The notes under the pieces are model-generated. The model had not been told where the DNA came from. It searched no databases and was given only the letters and a program-made list of their open reading frames with translations. From Heterodontus francisci (Eukaryota): a DNA stretch of 64,000 nt. Within the stretch, counting starts at the first letter, position 1. Each line of letters begins with the position of its first letter. A program made the translations under genes and the position numbers. This document shows positions 12,040 through 24,259 of the stretch, in pieces. The stretch lies in contig NC_090393.1 of assembly GCF_036365525.1 (NCBI RefSeq), positions 61,771,907-61,835,906 of the forward strand, read 5' to 3'.

Positions 12040-12250
12040 GGTCAGAAAGTGAAACTAATTCTCAGCTGCCAATGAATCTTATGTTGTTTGCTCTGAAGAT
12101 TCCATGATTGGTCCCTGGTCAGGCACTCACTGGCTTGTGCCAATCAGCAGCCTGCTTTCTGTGTAGTCACTGAGTCCTACCCCTCAGCTAGCTTCACCAA
12201 ACTGAGTTTCGATTCTCAAGGCTGCAGCGTACGGAGTGAGAAACATTTAC
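12040..12250 (+). promoter_or_regulatory. Candidate interferon-inducible promoter / first non-coding exon of the PML-like gene
   Basis: ISRE GAAAGTGAAACT at 12045-12056 and AGTTTCGATTCTC at 12205-12217, CCAAT boxes at about 12069, 12107 (reverse) and 12140, and a possible donor GTGAGA at 12236, all in a non-repeat island 3.6 kb upstream of the first coding exon. Confidence 0.6.
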
Positions 12251-12419
12251 AGGAGCAGCTAGCACTATCTCAGCTGCAAGTATTCCGAGCTAAATGGCAC
12301 TTCGGGTGGACTGGGCACTGGGTCTGAGAAATCAATGCAGTTTTAAAAATACAGAAACAGGACAGCTTAGGGAAAGACAGTGGGGAGTTTTAACCACCAA
12401 AAATGGTGTTGGGTGGAAT

Positions 12420-14750
12420 GTTTTTTATTTATTCACTTGTGGGATGTGGGTGTCACTGGCAAGGCCAGATTTATTGCCCATCCATAATTGCCCTTGGGAA
12501 GGTGGTGGTGAGCTGCCTTCTTGAACCACTGCAGTCCTTGGGGTGTAGGTACACCCACAGTGCTGTTAGGGAGGGAGTTCCAGGTAAAAGCCTGCTCGGG
12601 TCTGCAAATGAGATCCACCAAGCCCCACAGAACCCCATCCGACCCCAAGCCCAAACCAGCCCAAGTCCTTCCATTTTTTCCCGCGCTTGACCCGACCCGA
12701 CCATCAGCCAACCAACCTTCCGTGTTTCACTTTGTTCCTTATCTGCACAAGCTTAAAATAACTAGAAAAACCACCTTTAAAGTCCAAAAAGTAAATTAAC
12801 ATTAAAGTCACTTACCTGAGGTTGTGATAGAGCGTGTCCGATCCGGCCCGACCCGACCCGAGCCCGAATGCTGGACCCTGAAGAGCGACACGACCCGAAC
12901 CCGACACATGTTGTCGGGTCCCATCGGGTTCGAGTCGGGTAGCAGGCCTTTAGTTCCAGGATTTTGACCCAGCGACAGTGAAGGAACGGCGATGTAGTTC
13001 CAAGTAAGGACGGTGGGTGGGCAACTTGCAAGTGATTGTGTTCCCATGCATCTGCTGTCCTTGTCCTTCTCAGTGGTCGAGGTCACGGGCTTAGAAGGTG
13101 CCCTCGAAGGAGCCTTGGTGTATTGCTGTAGTGCATTTTGTATATGGTATCCACTAGTATCCAGGCAAGTGGAGAGTATTCCATCACACTCCTGACTTGT
13201 TGCTTGTAGATGATGGACAGGCTTTGGGGAGACAGGAGGTGTGTTACTCACTTCAGAATTCCCAGTCTCTGACCTCCTCTTCCATCTACAGCATTTATAT
13301 GGCTGGTCCAGTTCAGTTTCTGGTCAATGGTAACCCCAGGATGTTGATAGTGGGGGATTCAATGATGGCAATGCCATTGAACTTCAAGGGGAGATGGTTA
13401 GATTCTCTCTTGTTGAGATGGTCATTGCCTGGCACTTGTGTGGCGCGAATGCTACTTGCCATGTATCAGCCCAAGCCTGGATGTTGTTCAGGTCTTGCTG
13501 CATCTGGACATGGGCTGCTTCAGTATCTGAGGAGTCGCGAATGGTGCTGAACATTGTGCAATCATTAGCGAACATCCCCACTTCTGACCTTATGATGGTG
13601 GGAAGGTCATTGATGAAGCAGCTGAAGGCCATGTCACTCCCCTGAGGAACTCCTGCAGTGATGTCCTGGGACTGAGATGATTGACCTCCAACAACCACAA
13701 CCATCTTCCTTTGTGCAGGTATGACTCCAACCAGTGGAGAGTTTTATCCCTGATTCCCATTGACTCCAGCCAGGGCTCCTTGATGCCATACTGGGTCACA
13801 TGCTGCCTTGATGTCAAGGGCAGTCACTCTCACCTCACCTCTACAGTTCAGTTCTTTTGTCCATGTTTGGACCAAGGCTGTAATGAGGTCAGGAGCTGAG
13901 TGGCCCTGGCTGAACCCAAACTGAGCATCAGTGAGCAGGTTATTGCTGAGCAAGTGCTGTTGATAGACCTGTCAACGACCCCTTCCATCACTTTGCTAAT
14001 GATCGAGAGTAGACTATTAGGACAGTAATTGGCTGGGTTGGATTTGTCCTGCTTTTTGTGTACAGGCCATACCTGGGCAATTTTCCACATTTACGGGTAG
14101 ATGCCAATGTTGTGGCTGTACTGGAACAGCTTGGCTAGGGGCACGGCAAGTTCTGGAGTATGTCTTCAGTGCTATTGCCGGAATGTTGTCAGACCCATGG
14201 CCGTTGCAGTATCCAGTGCCTTCAGCCATTTCTTGATGTCACGTGTAGTGAATTGGATTGGCTGAAGACAGGCATCTGTGATGCTGGGGACTTCAGGAGG
14301 AGGCCGAGATGTATCATCCGCTCAGCATTTCTAGCTGAAGATGGATGCAAATGCTTCAGCCTTTTCTTTTGCACTGATGTGCTGGGCTCCCCCACCGTTC
14401 ATGGCTGGATGTGGCAGGACTGCAGAGCTTAGCTCTGATCCGTTGGTTGTGAGATCATTTAACCCTGTCTATCACATGCTGCTTCTGCTGTTTGGCACGC
14501 AAGTAGTCCTGTGTTGTAACTTGACCAGGTTGACACCTCATTTTTGAGGTATGCCTGGTGCTGCTCCTGGCATGCCCTCCTGCACTCTTCATTGAACCAG
14601 GGTTGATTCCCCCATCTTGATGGTAATGGTAGAGTAGGGGATATGCCGGGCCATGAGGTTACAGATTGTGGTTGAGTACAATTCTGCTGCTGCTGATGGC
14701 CCACAGCGCCTCATGGATGCCCAGTTTGGAGGGTATCCTCAATGTGAAGG
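12420..14750 (-). mobile_element. CR1/L2-group LINE ('family B'), 5' truncated and degenerate, interrupted by a hAT MITE
   Basis: Minus-strand ORF pieces WKIAQVWPVHKKQDKSNPANY, ALDIKAA, AGVPQGS, GMFANDCT; 3' end GGGCAATAAAT...CACATCCC near 12435-12480. Confidence 0.88.
12585..12952. mobile_element. hAT-type non-autonomous DNA transposon (368 bp)
   Basis: 8-bp TSD GTTCCAGG at 12577-12584 and 12953-12960, TIRs TAAAAGCCTGCT and AGCAGGCCTTTA, many subterminal GACCC/CGGGT repeats. The empty site GGGAGTTCCAGGATTTTGACCCAG is visible in the related copy at about 61807. Confidence 0.85.
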
Positions 14751-14752
14751 CA

Positions 14753-15692
14753 GGCTCAGGGTTTCCCAGTAAGTCAGAAAATTTAGAGAAGTGCTGTTCC
14801 AATATCCCTGCAGCAGTGTGAATAGTGTGACCAGTTTAAAGCAAGCTGTTACTCTGGATTGGGCGCAGTACAACATAAAAACACAGGAGCAGGAGGAGGC
14901 CATTCAGCCCCTCGAGCCCCTGTTCTGCCATTCAGTTTTATCACAGCTGATCTGTACCTCAGGCAGGATATATTGGCCTTAGTGGGGATGCAGCACAGAT
15001 TTACCAGAACGATACCAGGACTAAAATTATGAAGACAATTTGCACAAACAACTTTCATTTATAAAGCCTTTAACTTAGTAAAACATCCTGTTGCGTTTCA
15101 CAGAAGTACTATCAGGCAAAATTTGACACCTTGCCATTCTAGGGCACGTGAGCTTGGTCAAAGAGGCTGCTATTCCTTTGAGTTTCGACGGTTGAGGAGT
15201 GATCCACTTTTGGCGTTTAAAACAATAGAAGGATTCAATAGAGCAGGTACAAAGAAACTATTTCCTCTGGTGATGAAATTCAGAAGAAGGGAACGTAATC
15301 TTAAAATTAGAGCTAGACTTTTCAGGAATGAAATCAGGAAGTAGTTTTTCCTACAAAGGGGAGTGGAAATCTGGAATTCTTTCTCCAGAAGGTTGTGCAA
15401 CTGAAATTTTCAAGGCTGATATGAGCAGGTTTTTATTAGGCAAAGTCACCAAAGGATATGGAGTGAAGTCGGGTAAATGGACTTGAGGTACAGATCAGCT
15501 GTGATAAAACTGAATGGCAGAACAGGGGCTCGAGGGGCTGAATGGCCTCCTCCTGCTCCTGTGTTTTTATGTTGTACTGCGCCCAATCCAGAGTAACAGC
15601 CTGCTTTAAACTGGTCACACTATTCACACTGCTGCAGGGATATTGGAACAGCACTTCTATAAATTTTCTGACTTACTGGGAAACCCTGAGCC
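14753..15692. repeat. 209-bp inverted duplication (arms 14753-14961 and 15484-15692)
   Basis: The arms are reverse complements with 2 visible mismatches; ORFs 14791(+) and 15436..15654(-) translate identically over most of their length. Confidence 0.95.
14970..15575 (+). mobile_element. Degenerate CR1 3' fragment
   Basis: RRLRSDPLLAFKTIEGFNRAGTKKLFPLV-like translation and a GAATGGCCTCCTCCTGCTCCT tail. Confidence 0.7.
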
Positions 15693-15811
15693 CGCCAATA
15701 ACATGTACTGTAACTGTATATCAGAGTTAGCATGTCAACAAGTCAATTATAGGTCACCAAGTAATCTTTATACATAAGTTTGTCTTAACAGGTTACATCT
15801 TGTTTCAGGTT

Positions 15812-16305
15812 ATGGCAACTGGATCAGAAGTAAGAGTTGAGGAATATTTTCAATGTTTGATTTGCAACCAGCCGGTCACTAAGCCCAAGCTTCTCCTCTG
15901 CCTTCACACCTTTTGTGAAGATTGCTTACGGAAAGAATATCGTGGGAAAGGTGTCAAATGTCCCATTTGTGAGATGGTGACCGCGGGAGACCCCACTTCC
16001 TTACAGGACAACATACTTGTGGCAAACTTACAGAGTAAAGTGAACAAGCAGCAGCAAATTCTAGCAAGTGTGGAGCTGTGCTGTGCTTCTTGTGAGGACA
16101 GTACTCCTCCAGAGTTCATGTGCCTGGAGTGTGATAAGCTCCTGTGTACAAAGTGCCTCCATACACATCAAGTGCTAATGACGGATCATAAGAAGCATGT
16201 TCAGACCTTGGGGACATTGAGGAAGTTGGATTCTGATGAGTTTTTGAAGATTCTTAGAAGACCAAAGCACCTTTTTTGCAGTACTCACGATGATCAGCAA
16301 CTCAG
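15812..16305 (+). CDS. PML: PML/TRIM19-like protein, coding exon 1 (RING, B-box1, start of B-box2)
   Basis: Acceptor TTTCAG ends at 15808 and ATG is in context GTTATGG. C3HC4 RING CLIC..PKLLLCLHTFCEDC..CPIC, then LQDNIL and B-box1 CASC..EFMCLECDKLLCTKCLHTH, align to human PML. Donor GTAATC is phase 2, at the same place as the PML exon 2/3 intron. Probably a paralog; orthology not established. Confidence 0.88.
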
Positions 16306-16472
16306 GTAATCTTGGCTCCTGAAGGATGGTCTTACTGTTTCATTTGAAAGTTTTTTATTCTTATTTTCACTCTACTTTGATCACATTGAACTAGTAGCTT
16401 GCCAGCCCTGAGAGAGAGGGCCACAGGAACACTGGGGAGGTGATAAATAGAAAGCATCTGTGACCCACACAT

Positions 16473-17000
16473 GGGGCTGGATTTGCCAGTCAGAAAATGG
16501 CAGCCTCCCTGCATGGGATCCGCACCTCCGCACCACAATCATGTGGCGGGGGTGGCATTGGCTACACTGTTCACGGTGTCACCTGATGCAAGACAGGTAC
16601 TAGCGCCATTTTTAAAAGGCTGCCATCGCTACAAGTGGTTTAACATAATGCGGAGTTGACCCCTTCCCCACCTCATTGTCGCCAGCTTCTCCTGGACGGG
16701 AAAGTGAAGGCGCGTGAGTGCCACACGACCTGCTCAAAATTGGGAACGGAGGGTAAGATCCTGGGGAGTTAAATTTAAATTTATGCAGAGAGCTATTTTA
16801 AATATGTAAAGTAGGGTCCCGTTGCAGAGCGGCAGCAGTGCCATCACGGAGCCTCGCCACCGACGGCAAGTACGGGCTCGGCAATCCCGGCATTGGGCTC
16901 CGTAGCAGCCACTGCCGCTCCGATTCTCCCCCTCACCCCCCCCCACCCCCCCCCACCCCACAACAAAACCCGACATCGGGCTGAGAACTAAATCCAGCTC
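16473..17000. mobile_element. MITE-like non-autonomous DNA transposon in a PML-like intron
   Basis: Terminal inverted repeats GGGCTGGATTT and AAATCCAGCTC around a GC-rich interior. Confidence 0.5.
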
Positions 17001-17385
17001 ATGGAGTGAAAGGAACAGGTTCACTTAGACCACTCTCATAACCTCCAAATGGACCCTCAGTCGGGGAATGTGGGAGGTAAGGGGTGTGTCTGACCCCGAC
17101 TCGGGGAATGTGAATAGTACATCATCTGCCTGTACCTTTGCTTGGAAAATTAGCATTGGACAAGATCAGTCTATCCCTTATTTTGAGAACGTGGATGGTA
17201 CTGGGTCAGTCTATCCCTACCTGAGGCAATGTGCACGCCTGAGGATGTACCAGCCTGTCCCTGAGGGAACATGTGTGATGTGGAGGACACCAAAGCTAGG
17301 GACAGTGCTGGCAGCAAAGCACTGAATATATCTTCTGTTTGGATTCAATTGTCTGAACAAACTTTTAATTCTACTTTCTGTTTAG

Positions 17386-17963
17386 TCTCTATTGTAGAAC
17401 CTGCTCAGTCTGGTTGTGTGTCCTGTGTTTGGTGCTGGAACATAAGGACCATAACTGCAGTGGCATCAGGAAACAGATTGCCACACAGAAGAATGAGCTA
17501 CGAGAGATGTTGGGTGCAGTGCAAGAGAATGAGACCAAGTTCAGCAAAACGCAGGGAGACCTGGAGATGCTCGTAGACAAGCTGAACGGTGACAAATACA
17601 AAATGGAAGAACTCATCAAAGCAAGAGTTATTGCTGCCATCGAAAAGGTTAAAGAGGAGGAGAACAGGCTACTAAATGAGCTGAAGGAACTCCACTCAGC
17701 TGAAATACAGAAGCTGCAGGAAGGTTTCACAAAGACAGAGAACGTGCTAAAAAGAATGACGGTGAGCAAAAGTCTGGTGTCCCAGTTGCTTCGCTATGCC
17801 ACGGAGCAGGAGGTCTTGGAGCTGCAAGGAATGATTAAAACAGCACTCAACAGCCTCCAGAAAGAGAAGCCTCTCAATGTACAAATGGCGAACACGGTGA
17901 TAGATTTTCAGGAGTGTTGGGTTTATCCAAAGAAAATGCTGGGCAATCTGATCATCACAAAAT
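17386..17963 (+). CDS. PML: PML-like protein, coding exon 2 (B-box2 and coiled coil)
   Basis: Acceptor TTTCTGTTTAG in phase 2 gives S-LYCRTCSVWLCVLCLVLEHKDHNC, a long heptad-rich helix and QLLRYATEQEVLELQGMIK (cf. PML YASDQEVLDMHGFLR). Donor GTGAGT at 17964 is phase 1. Confidence 0.9.
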
Positions 17964-18697
17964 GTGAGTAATACCTAGAACTCCCCACCTGCTCTGCACC
18001 CTCCTCTTTTCTTTAAATGGGAACTAGGTGAAAGCAATAATAGCACTGAGCTCAAAAAGAGCCTTTGCTGAGCGTGCTGGTCCAGAGCATTGAATCATTG
18101 GGTGCTACACCGTGGGACTGTGGCTTTGAGTCTCCACCAGGAACAGTCAGTAGGAGAGTCCCTCAGGCCACATGTCCTTAGAATCTTCCAAGAGCCAGCA
18201 ATAACTGGGCCCTGTGCCCCTTCCAGGAGTATTTACAGAACCCAAAATCTGTGCAGCTCCCAGCAAATTACCCAGACTTGCACCTTGTCCATTCCAGGCT
18301 ATTACCCAGACTCGCACCCTGTTCATGGGGGAGCAGGGTCTCTCAGCAAGGACTCCCCTATCATCCTTCGTACTTGGTTATCAATCAAGGGATTGATAAT
18401 TCCCACGGCAGCACAAATTCTGAAAATTAAGGCACTTGTTGATGAAAAAAACTTTTAATCATTAAATGAGTGGCGTATAGATGTGTAAAAACATTCGGAA
18501 CCTATAGCTATTGGGTTTAGCTCTTTTTGCTCTCTATGTTTGAATGGTTTCTCTTTGTGCTTGAGTTTGGTAACATGGACAACATCAAGAACTGTTTTGA
18601 ATGAATGATGTAATTAAAGGGATGTTAATCAGTTCATAGATGCGATAGAACTGGTGTTAAGGCCACTTATACATCTGCTTAAATTATTCCTTTTCAG

Positions 18698-18759
18698 TTC
18701 GACCAGATCAGAGGTTACCATTGCCTGGGTGCAATCCTGCTGCATCGTGTAGTAAAGAG
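18698..18759 (+). CDS. PML: PML-like protein, coding exon 3 (short linker)
   Basis: Acceptor TTCCTTTTCAG, donor GTGAAT. The 62-nt exon converts phase 1 to phase 0 as needed to join the 24025 exon, and is open (FRPDQRLPLPGCNPAASCSKE). Confidence 0.7.
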
Positions 18760-19879
18760 GTGAATATATATAATTAATTCAGAGTATAAGGATTTATAGC
18801 AGTTGATTATTTTGCAATATGATCTTACAAAACTGACTTAAGAGTAGGTTTAATTAGTAATTATCTCTGCCTTTAAAACTATCAGCAACAAAGGGTGATG
18901 TGCTACGTATCAGTGTCAGGAGTCTCTTGAGAACAACAAACTCAAAGCTTGGTCAGCCTGCTGTTATTTCAATTCCCCAAGTATTACTTGGTTCTTTACT
19001 TACTTGTTCCTGCTGTATATCACGAGTCATAAGGTGGATGTACTTGTTCCGAAGGAAGGTGTAATAAATGGTCATGTGCTGATTGCTTTTCCTGACATGC
19101 TTCTCTTCCTATGGAGAGGATAGATGGAATGTCTGATGTCTGTAGATAACCCCCTCGGATGCTGGGATGAATGTGTTGGAGTAGTCACATACAATAGTCC
19201 GACTCTTCTTTATGTGTTTACAACATTCCAATCCAGGGGCCTAACCTTAACTAGATACATCCAGCACTTGGCTGCCTCTGTCTGTGTGTGTCTGATATTC
19301 ATCCTTTATCTGGGCTCCATTAACCCTTTCCTAGTCTAAATGCTTCATACTATCTAACTACCCTAGTCGTAAGGCCTGTGCATCCCCCATGTTCCAACAA
19401 TGTCATGCTTGCCTTCCTAACTGACTTATGATGCAGGCTAACATTGGGGCTGGTGGGCACCATATTATCGAGTGCAGAAGCCTCAGGCCTACAAAATGTC
19501 TGATGTATTCAGTGCAGCCCAATGCAGCCAGCCAGCCAGAACAAAGGAAGTTGGGAGTCTGAACTGTGTGCAAGACTCATTAGGATCATAAAAACATTTA
19601 TATTGTTCTCCACCACCAACCTCAGCCATCACCCCCACCTCCTGCCCTCCCCCCGACCTACAATATGACTAAAGGGATTGAACATTGCTTCAGTTACCAA
19701 ACACCCGATCCCAATCTTTCCTGAAGAGAACACCCAGTCAAGAAAAACAGCAATATTTTCACATTCCCTTTCCTGAGGGTCACACAACCTTTCTCCTCCT
19801 CCAACTCACTTTAGCCTGTAAGGGCTGTAGCATTTACCTGTTGCTGATCCATCATAGCTGCCAGTAGACCTTCACTGCT

Positions 19880-22300
19880 CACAGAATCACAGAATAATAC
19901 AGTGCAGAAGAGGCCCTTCGGCCCATCGAGTCTGCACCGCTGCATTAAACACCTGACCTGTCTACCTAATCCCATTTGCCAGCAGTTGGCCCATAGCCTT
20001 GAATGTTATGACATGCCAAGTGCTCATCCAGGTACTTTTTAAAGGATGTGAGGCAACCTGCCTCTACCACCCTCCCAGGCAGTGCATTCCAGACCATCAC
20101 CACCCTCTGGGTAAAAAAGTTCTTCCTCAAATCCCTCCAAAACCTCCTGCCCCTCACCTTAAACTTGTGTCCCCTTGTAACTGACCCTTCAACTAAGGGG
20201 AACAACTGCTCCCTATCCACCCTGTCCATGCCCCTCATAACCTTGTACACCTCGATCAGGTCACCCCTCAGTCTTCTCTGCTCCAGCGAAAACAACCCAA
20301 GCCTATCCAACCTCTCTTCATAGCTTAAATGTTCCATCCCATGCAACATCCTGGTGAATCGCCTCTGCACCCCCTCCAGTGCAATCACATCCTTCCTATA
20401 ATGTGGCGACCAGAATTGCACACAGTACTCCAGCTGTGGCCTTACCAAAGTTCTATGCAACTCCAACATGACCTCCCTGCTTTTGTAATCTATGCCTCGA
20501 TTGATAAAGGCAAATGTCCCATATGCCTTTTTCACCACCCTATTAACCTGACCTTCTGCCTTCAGAGATCTATGGACAAACACGCCAAGGTCCCTTTGTT
20601 CCTTGGAACTTCCCAGTGTCAGGTCATACTGAATACTTCCGTGTCCCATTACTCCTTCCAAAGTGTATCATCTCACACTTTTCAGGGTTTAATTCCATCT
20701 GCCACTTTTCTACCCATTTGACCATCCCGTCTATATCTTCCTGTAACCTAAGACACTGAACCTCACTGTTAACCACTCGGCCAATCTTTGTGTCATCCAC
20801 GAACTTTTCCTACCCCCCACATAGTCATCTATGTTGTTTATATAAGTGACAAACAAAAGGGGACCCAGCACAGATCCCTGTGGTACACCACTGGACACTG
20901 GCTTCCAGTCACTAAAACAGCCGTCTGTCATCACTCTCTGTCTCCCACAGCTAAGCCAATTTTGAATCCACCTTATCAAGTTACCCTGTATCCCATGTGC
21001 ATTTACTTTCTTGATAAGTCTCCCATGTGGGACCTTGTCAAAGGCTTTGCTGAAATCCATGTAAACTACATCAACTGCACTACCCTCATCTACACACTTG
21101 GTCACATTCTCAAAAAATTCAATCAAATTTGTTAGGCATGACCTCTCTCTGACAAAGCCATGCTAACTATTCCTAATCAAATTTTGCCTCTCCAAGTGGA
21201 GATAGATTCTCTCCTTCAGAATTTTCTTCAATAGTTTCCCTACCACTGACGTGAGACTCACTGGTCTGTAGTTCCCTGGCTTATCTCTACAACCTTTCTT
21301 AAATAGTGGGACCACATTAGCTGTTCTCCAGTCCTCTGGCACCTCCCCCGTGGCCAGAGAGGAATTACAAATTTGGGTCAGAGCCCCTGCAATCTCCACC
21401 CTCACCTCCCACAGCATCCTGGGACACAAATCGTCCGGACCTGGAGATTTGTCCACTTTTAAGCCTGCCAAAACCTCCAATACCTTGTCACTCCCTATGA
21501 CAATTTGCTCAAGAACCTCACCGTCTCTCTCTCTCTAAGTTCCATATCTACATCCTTATTCTCTTGGGTGAAGACAGATGTGAAGTATTCGTTCAACACC
21601 CTACCAATGTCCTTTGGCTCCACCCACAAATTTCCCCCTTGGTTCCTAATGGGTCCTACTCTTTCCCTGGTTATCCTCTTCCCATTGATATACTTATAGA
21701 ATATCTTGGGATTTTCCCTACTTTTACCAGCCAGAGCTTTCTCATATCCCCTCTTTGCTCTCCTAATTGCTTTCTTAAGCTCCATCCTACATTATTTGCT
21801 AAAAGCCTCTCTTTTCCTTCTCATCGTACCCTGAATGTTTCTGGTCACCCATGGTTCTCTGGGCTTGTTGTTCCTACCTATTACCCCAGAGGGAACATGT
21901 TGGGACTGGACCCTCCCCATTTCCTTTTGGAATGCCTCCCACTGCTCTTCTGTAGATTTCCCGACAAGTAACTTTTTCCAGTCTACCTTGGCCAGATCCT
22001 GCCTTATTTTACTAAAATTCGCTCTCCCCCAATCCACAACCTTTTTTTGCAACTTGTCTATTTCTTTCTCCATACCAAGCTTAAATTGTACCATGTTGTG
22101 GTCGCTATCACCAAAATGTCCCCCACCAACACACCAACCACCTGTCCGGCTTCATTCCCCAGAATTAGGTCCAGCACTGCACCCTCCCTTGTTGGATCCT
22201 CTACATATTGAGCTATAAAGTTCTCCTGTATACATTTTAAGAACTCCACTCCATCTAAGCCCTTAACACGATAACTATCCCAATTAATGTTGGGAAAGTG
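19880..22300 (-). mobile_element. CR1 LINE, 5' truncated and relatively young
   Basis: Consecutive minus-strand ORFs with APE C-terminal (PTREGAVLDLIL) and RT motifs ([33 protein letters not shown]); CACAGAAT-type tail at 19880-19895. Confidence 0.93.
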
Positions 22301-22369
22301 CTCACTGGAAACTGAAATTCTGGCCTAAAGCCTTGTGCTCCCAGTGGTTCATCTTTAAATGGGCTGATC

Positions 22370-22925
22370 ACAACAACAACAACAACAACAATTGCATTCA
22401 TACAGTAAAAATGTCTCAAGTTGCTTCACAGAAGCATTATCAAACAAAGTTTGACCGGGGTCACATAAGGAGATAGGAAGACAGATGACCAAAAGTTTGG
22501 TCAAAGATGTAGGTTTTAAGGAGCTTCTTAAAGGGTGAGAGGTAGAGAGGTGGAAAAGTTTAGGGAGGGTATTCCAGAGCTTCGCGCCTCAGTAGCTGAA
22601 GGTATGGCTGCCAATAGTAGAGCAAATTAAATTGGAAATGCGCAAGAGCCAGTATTGGAAGAATGCAACAATCTGGGTGGGTCATAAGGCTGGTGGAGAT
22701 TACACACATAAAGAGGACAAGGCCAATGAGGGATTTGAAAACAAGGATGAGAATTTTAAAATTGAGGCTTAGCCAGACTTGGAGCCAATGTAGGTCAGTG
22801 AGCACAGGGGTGATGGGTGAACTGGACTTGGTACGAGTTCAGATAGAAGCAGCAGAGTTTTGGATGAGCTCAGATTTATAGAGGGTGCGAGGTGGGAGGC
22901 TAGCCAGGAGAGCACTGGAATAATC
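22370..22925 (-). mobile_element. L2 LINE 3' fragment
   Basis: Minus-strand translation LTDLHWL...FKILILVFKSL typical of the L2 ORF2 end; (CAA)n run at 22369-22392. Confidence 0.75.
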
Positions 22926-24024
22926 TTGCAGTAATTATCAAATGAGGCCAACTCATTTATGTGCATTGCACAGAATGCCTCGGGGACAGTGGTCCTACAA
23001 TGACCACACTATTGGCCCCATTACTCACATATTTTAATGAATAGTGAAATAATTCCTCAATTAAGCTGTGTTATCCTTGCACCCGCCAGTCTGGCTATAG
23101 AGATTTTACTGGGGAAGAGCCTATCAGAAGGAACTCTAGGTCTATAAACTCCATCAGGAGAGTTTCCAGGCAAACAGGAGTTTCTCCTCCCATTCCACAC
23201 TTCCATCATGAGTTTAGTTCCATTGAATATGGTACTGCTGATGTGTACACACAACTTGCTGTGATTTCATTCCTGCTACTGCAGTATGTTTATCATGGGG
23301 ATGATTAAAACTTCCTGAAATTGGTGTTATGGGGCTCAAAATGATGTCGGTAACTTTACCGTCTCATCATCATTGTCCCATTTACTGGGGTCTGGCACTC
23401 AGTGGTCAAAACACCTTGCCTGCTTTTGGTGGTCGGCTTCTTTTAACATGTAAACCAGGTCCTATGATGTAGAGAGGACCCTAATTGCTAAAAAAGGATT
23501 CTAATTGCCATCTTAGGACAGACCTAGTTGGAGATGGGCTGAGAGAATATCTATCATCCCACTCATTCCCCATTCCAATCCATCTCCATCCAAGAAAAGC
23601 ACCAAAATAACCCTTTGGGAATACATTGCCTTCCCCATTCTCCACCTCTGTCCCTTTACCTCCTCTGCCTTTCCCCCTCCTGCTCTGCCTATTTGCCCCA
23701 TCCGTCTTCTCTCTCCCTTCTTCGCAGATCCCCTCTTCTCTCCTTTTCTTCCTGCCCTGCTCTTTCCCTCTCCCATCCTGAACTTCCCCACTTACTCCGA
23801 ACTTCTTCATTTTCAACTTGTGGATTTGGAATTGCCACCACAGTGAATCATTTGTAAATGTTAAATTGCATTTGACATAAGATGGAATCTGAGTGACAAG
23901 CTAAGCGGGGAATGCATGAGGAAAGGTCTGGCTGTAATATGGGGCCTGGGGTAGTTGTTGGTTCCACATGAATGGAATTTGTGTTCTGTCCATAACACGG
24001 TTAAACAATTACTCATTTCTTCAG

Positions 24025-24259
24025 GTTATGGCGCACACTTCTCAAACACTCTGCGACAAAAGAAAATATGATGCAGCCGGGGAAAGGCAACCCCCCAAAA
24101 AACAGCGTGTGAAAGAGGAGCCAAGTAACAGTGCAGAGGGAATTTCCACCACTTTTCCCAACTACCATTTGAACAGCCCTACCCCGCATATAGAGAGTGT
24201 TATTTCGTGTGCTGAGGACGATGGAAAGCAAACGGAATCCGTTATTCTGGACACAGTAG
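24025..24259 (+). CDS. PML: PML-like protein, coding exon 4 (bipartite NLS and SUMO consensus)
   Basis: Acceptor TTTCTTCAG (phase 0), donor GTAAAC (phase 1). KRKY...PPKKQRVKEE parallels the PML exon 6 NLS/K490 region (KRKC...PRKVIKME). Confidence 0.8.

Noticed and set aside
15800-17971. Generic TRIM56/TRIM45/TRIM33 assignment
   Set aside because: PML-specific features (PKLLxCLHT, YATEQEVL, matching intron position, NLS and SIM exons) and no filamin, NHL, PHD or bromodomain exons.
19966-22249. Intact reverse transcriptase gene
   Set aside because: Split into several frames and 5' truncated; no LINE in the window has an intact ORF2.
22308-22317. Intronic ISRE core GAAACTGAAA
   Set aside because: Single short match at a TE junction with no promoter context; expected by chance.
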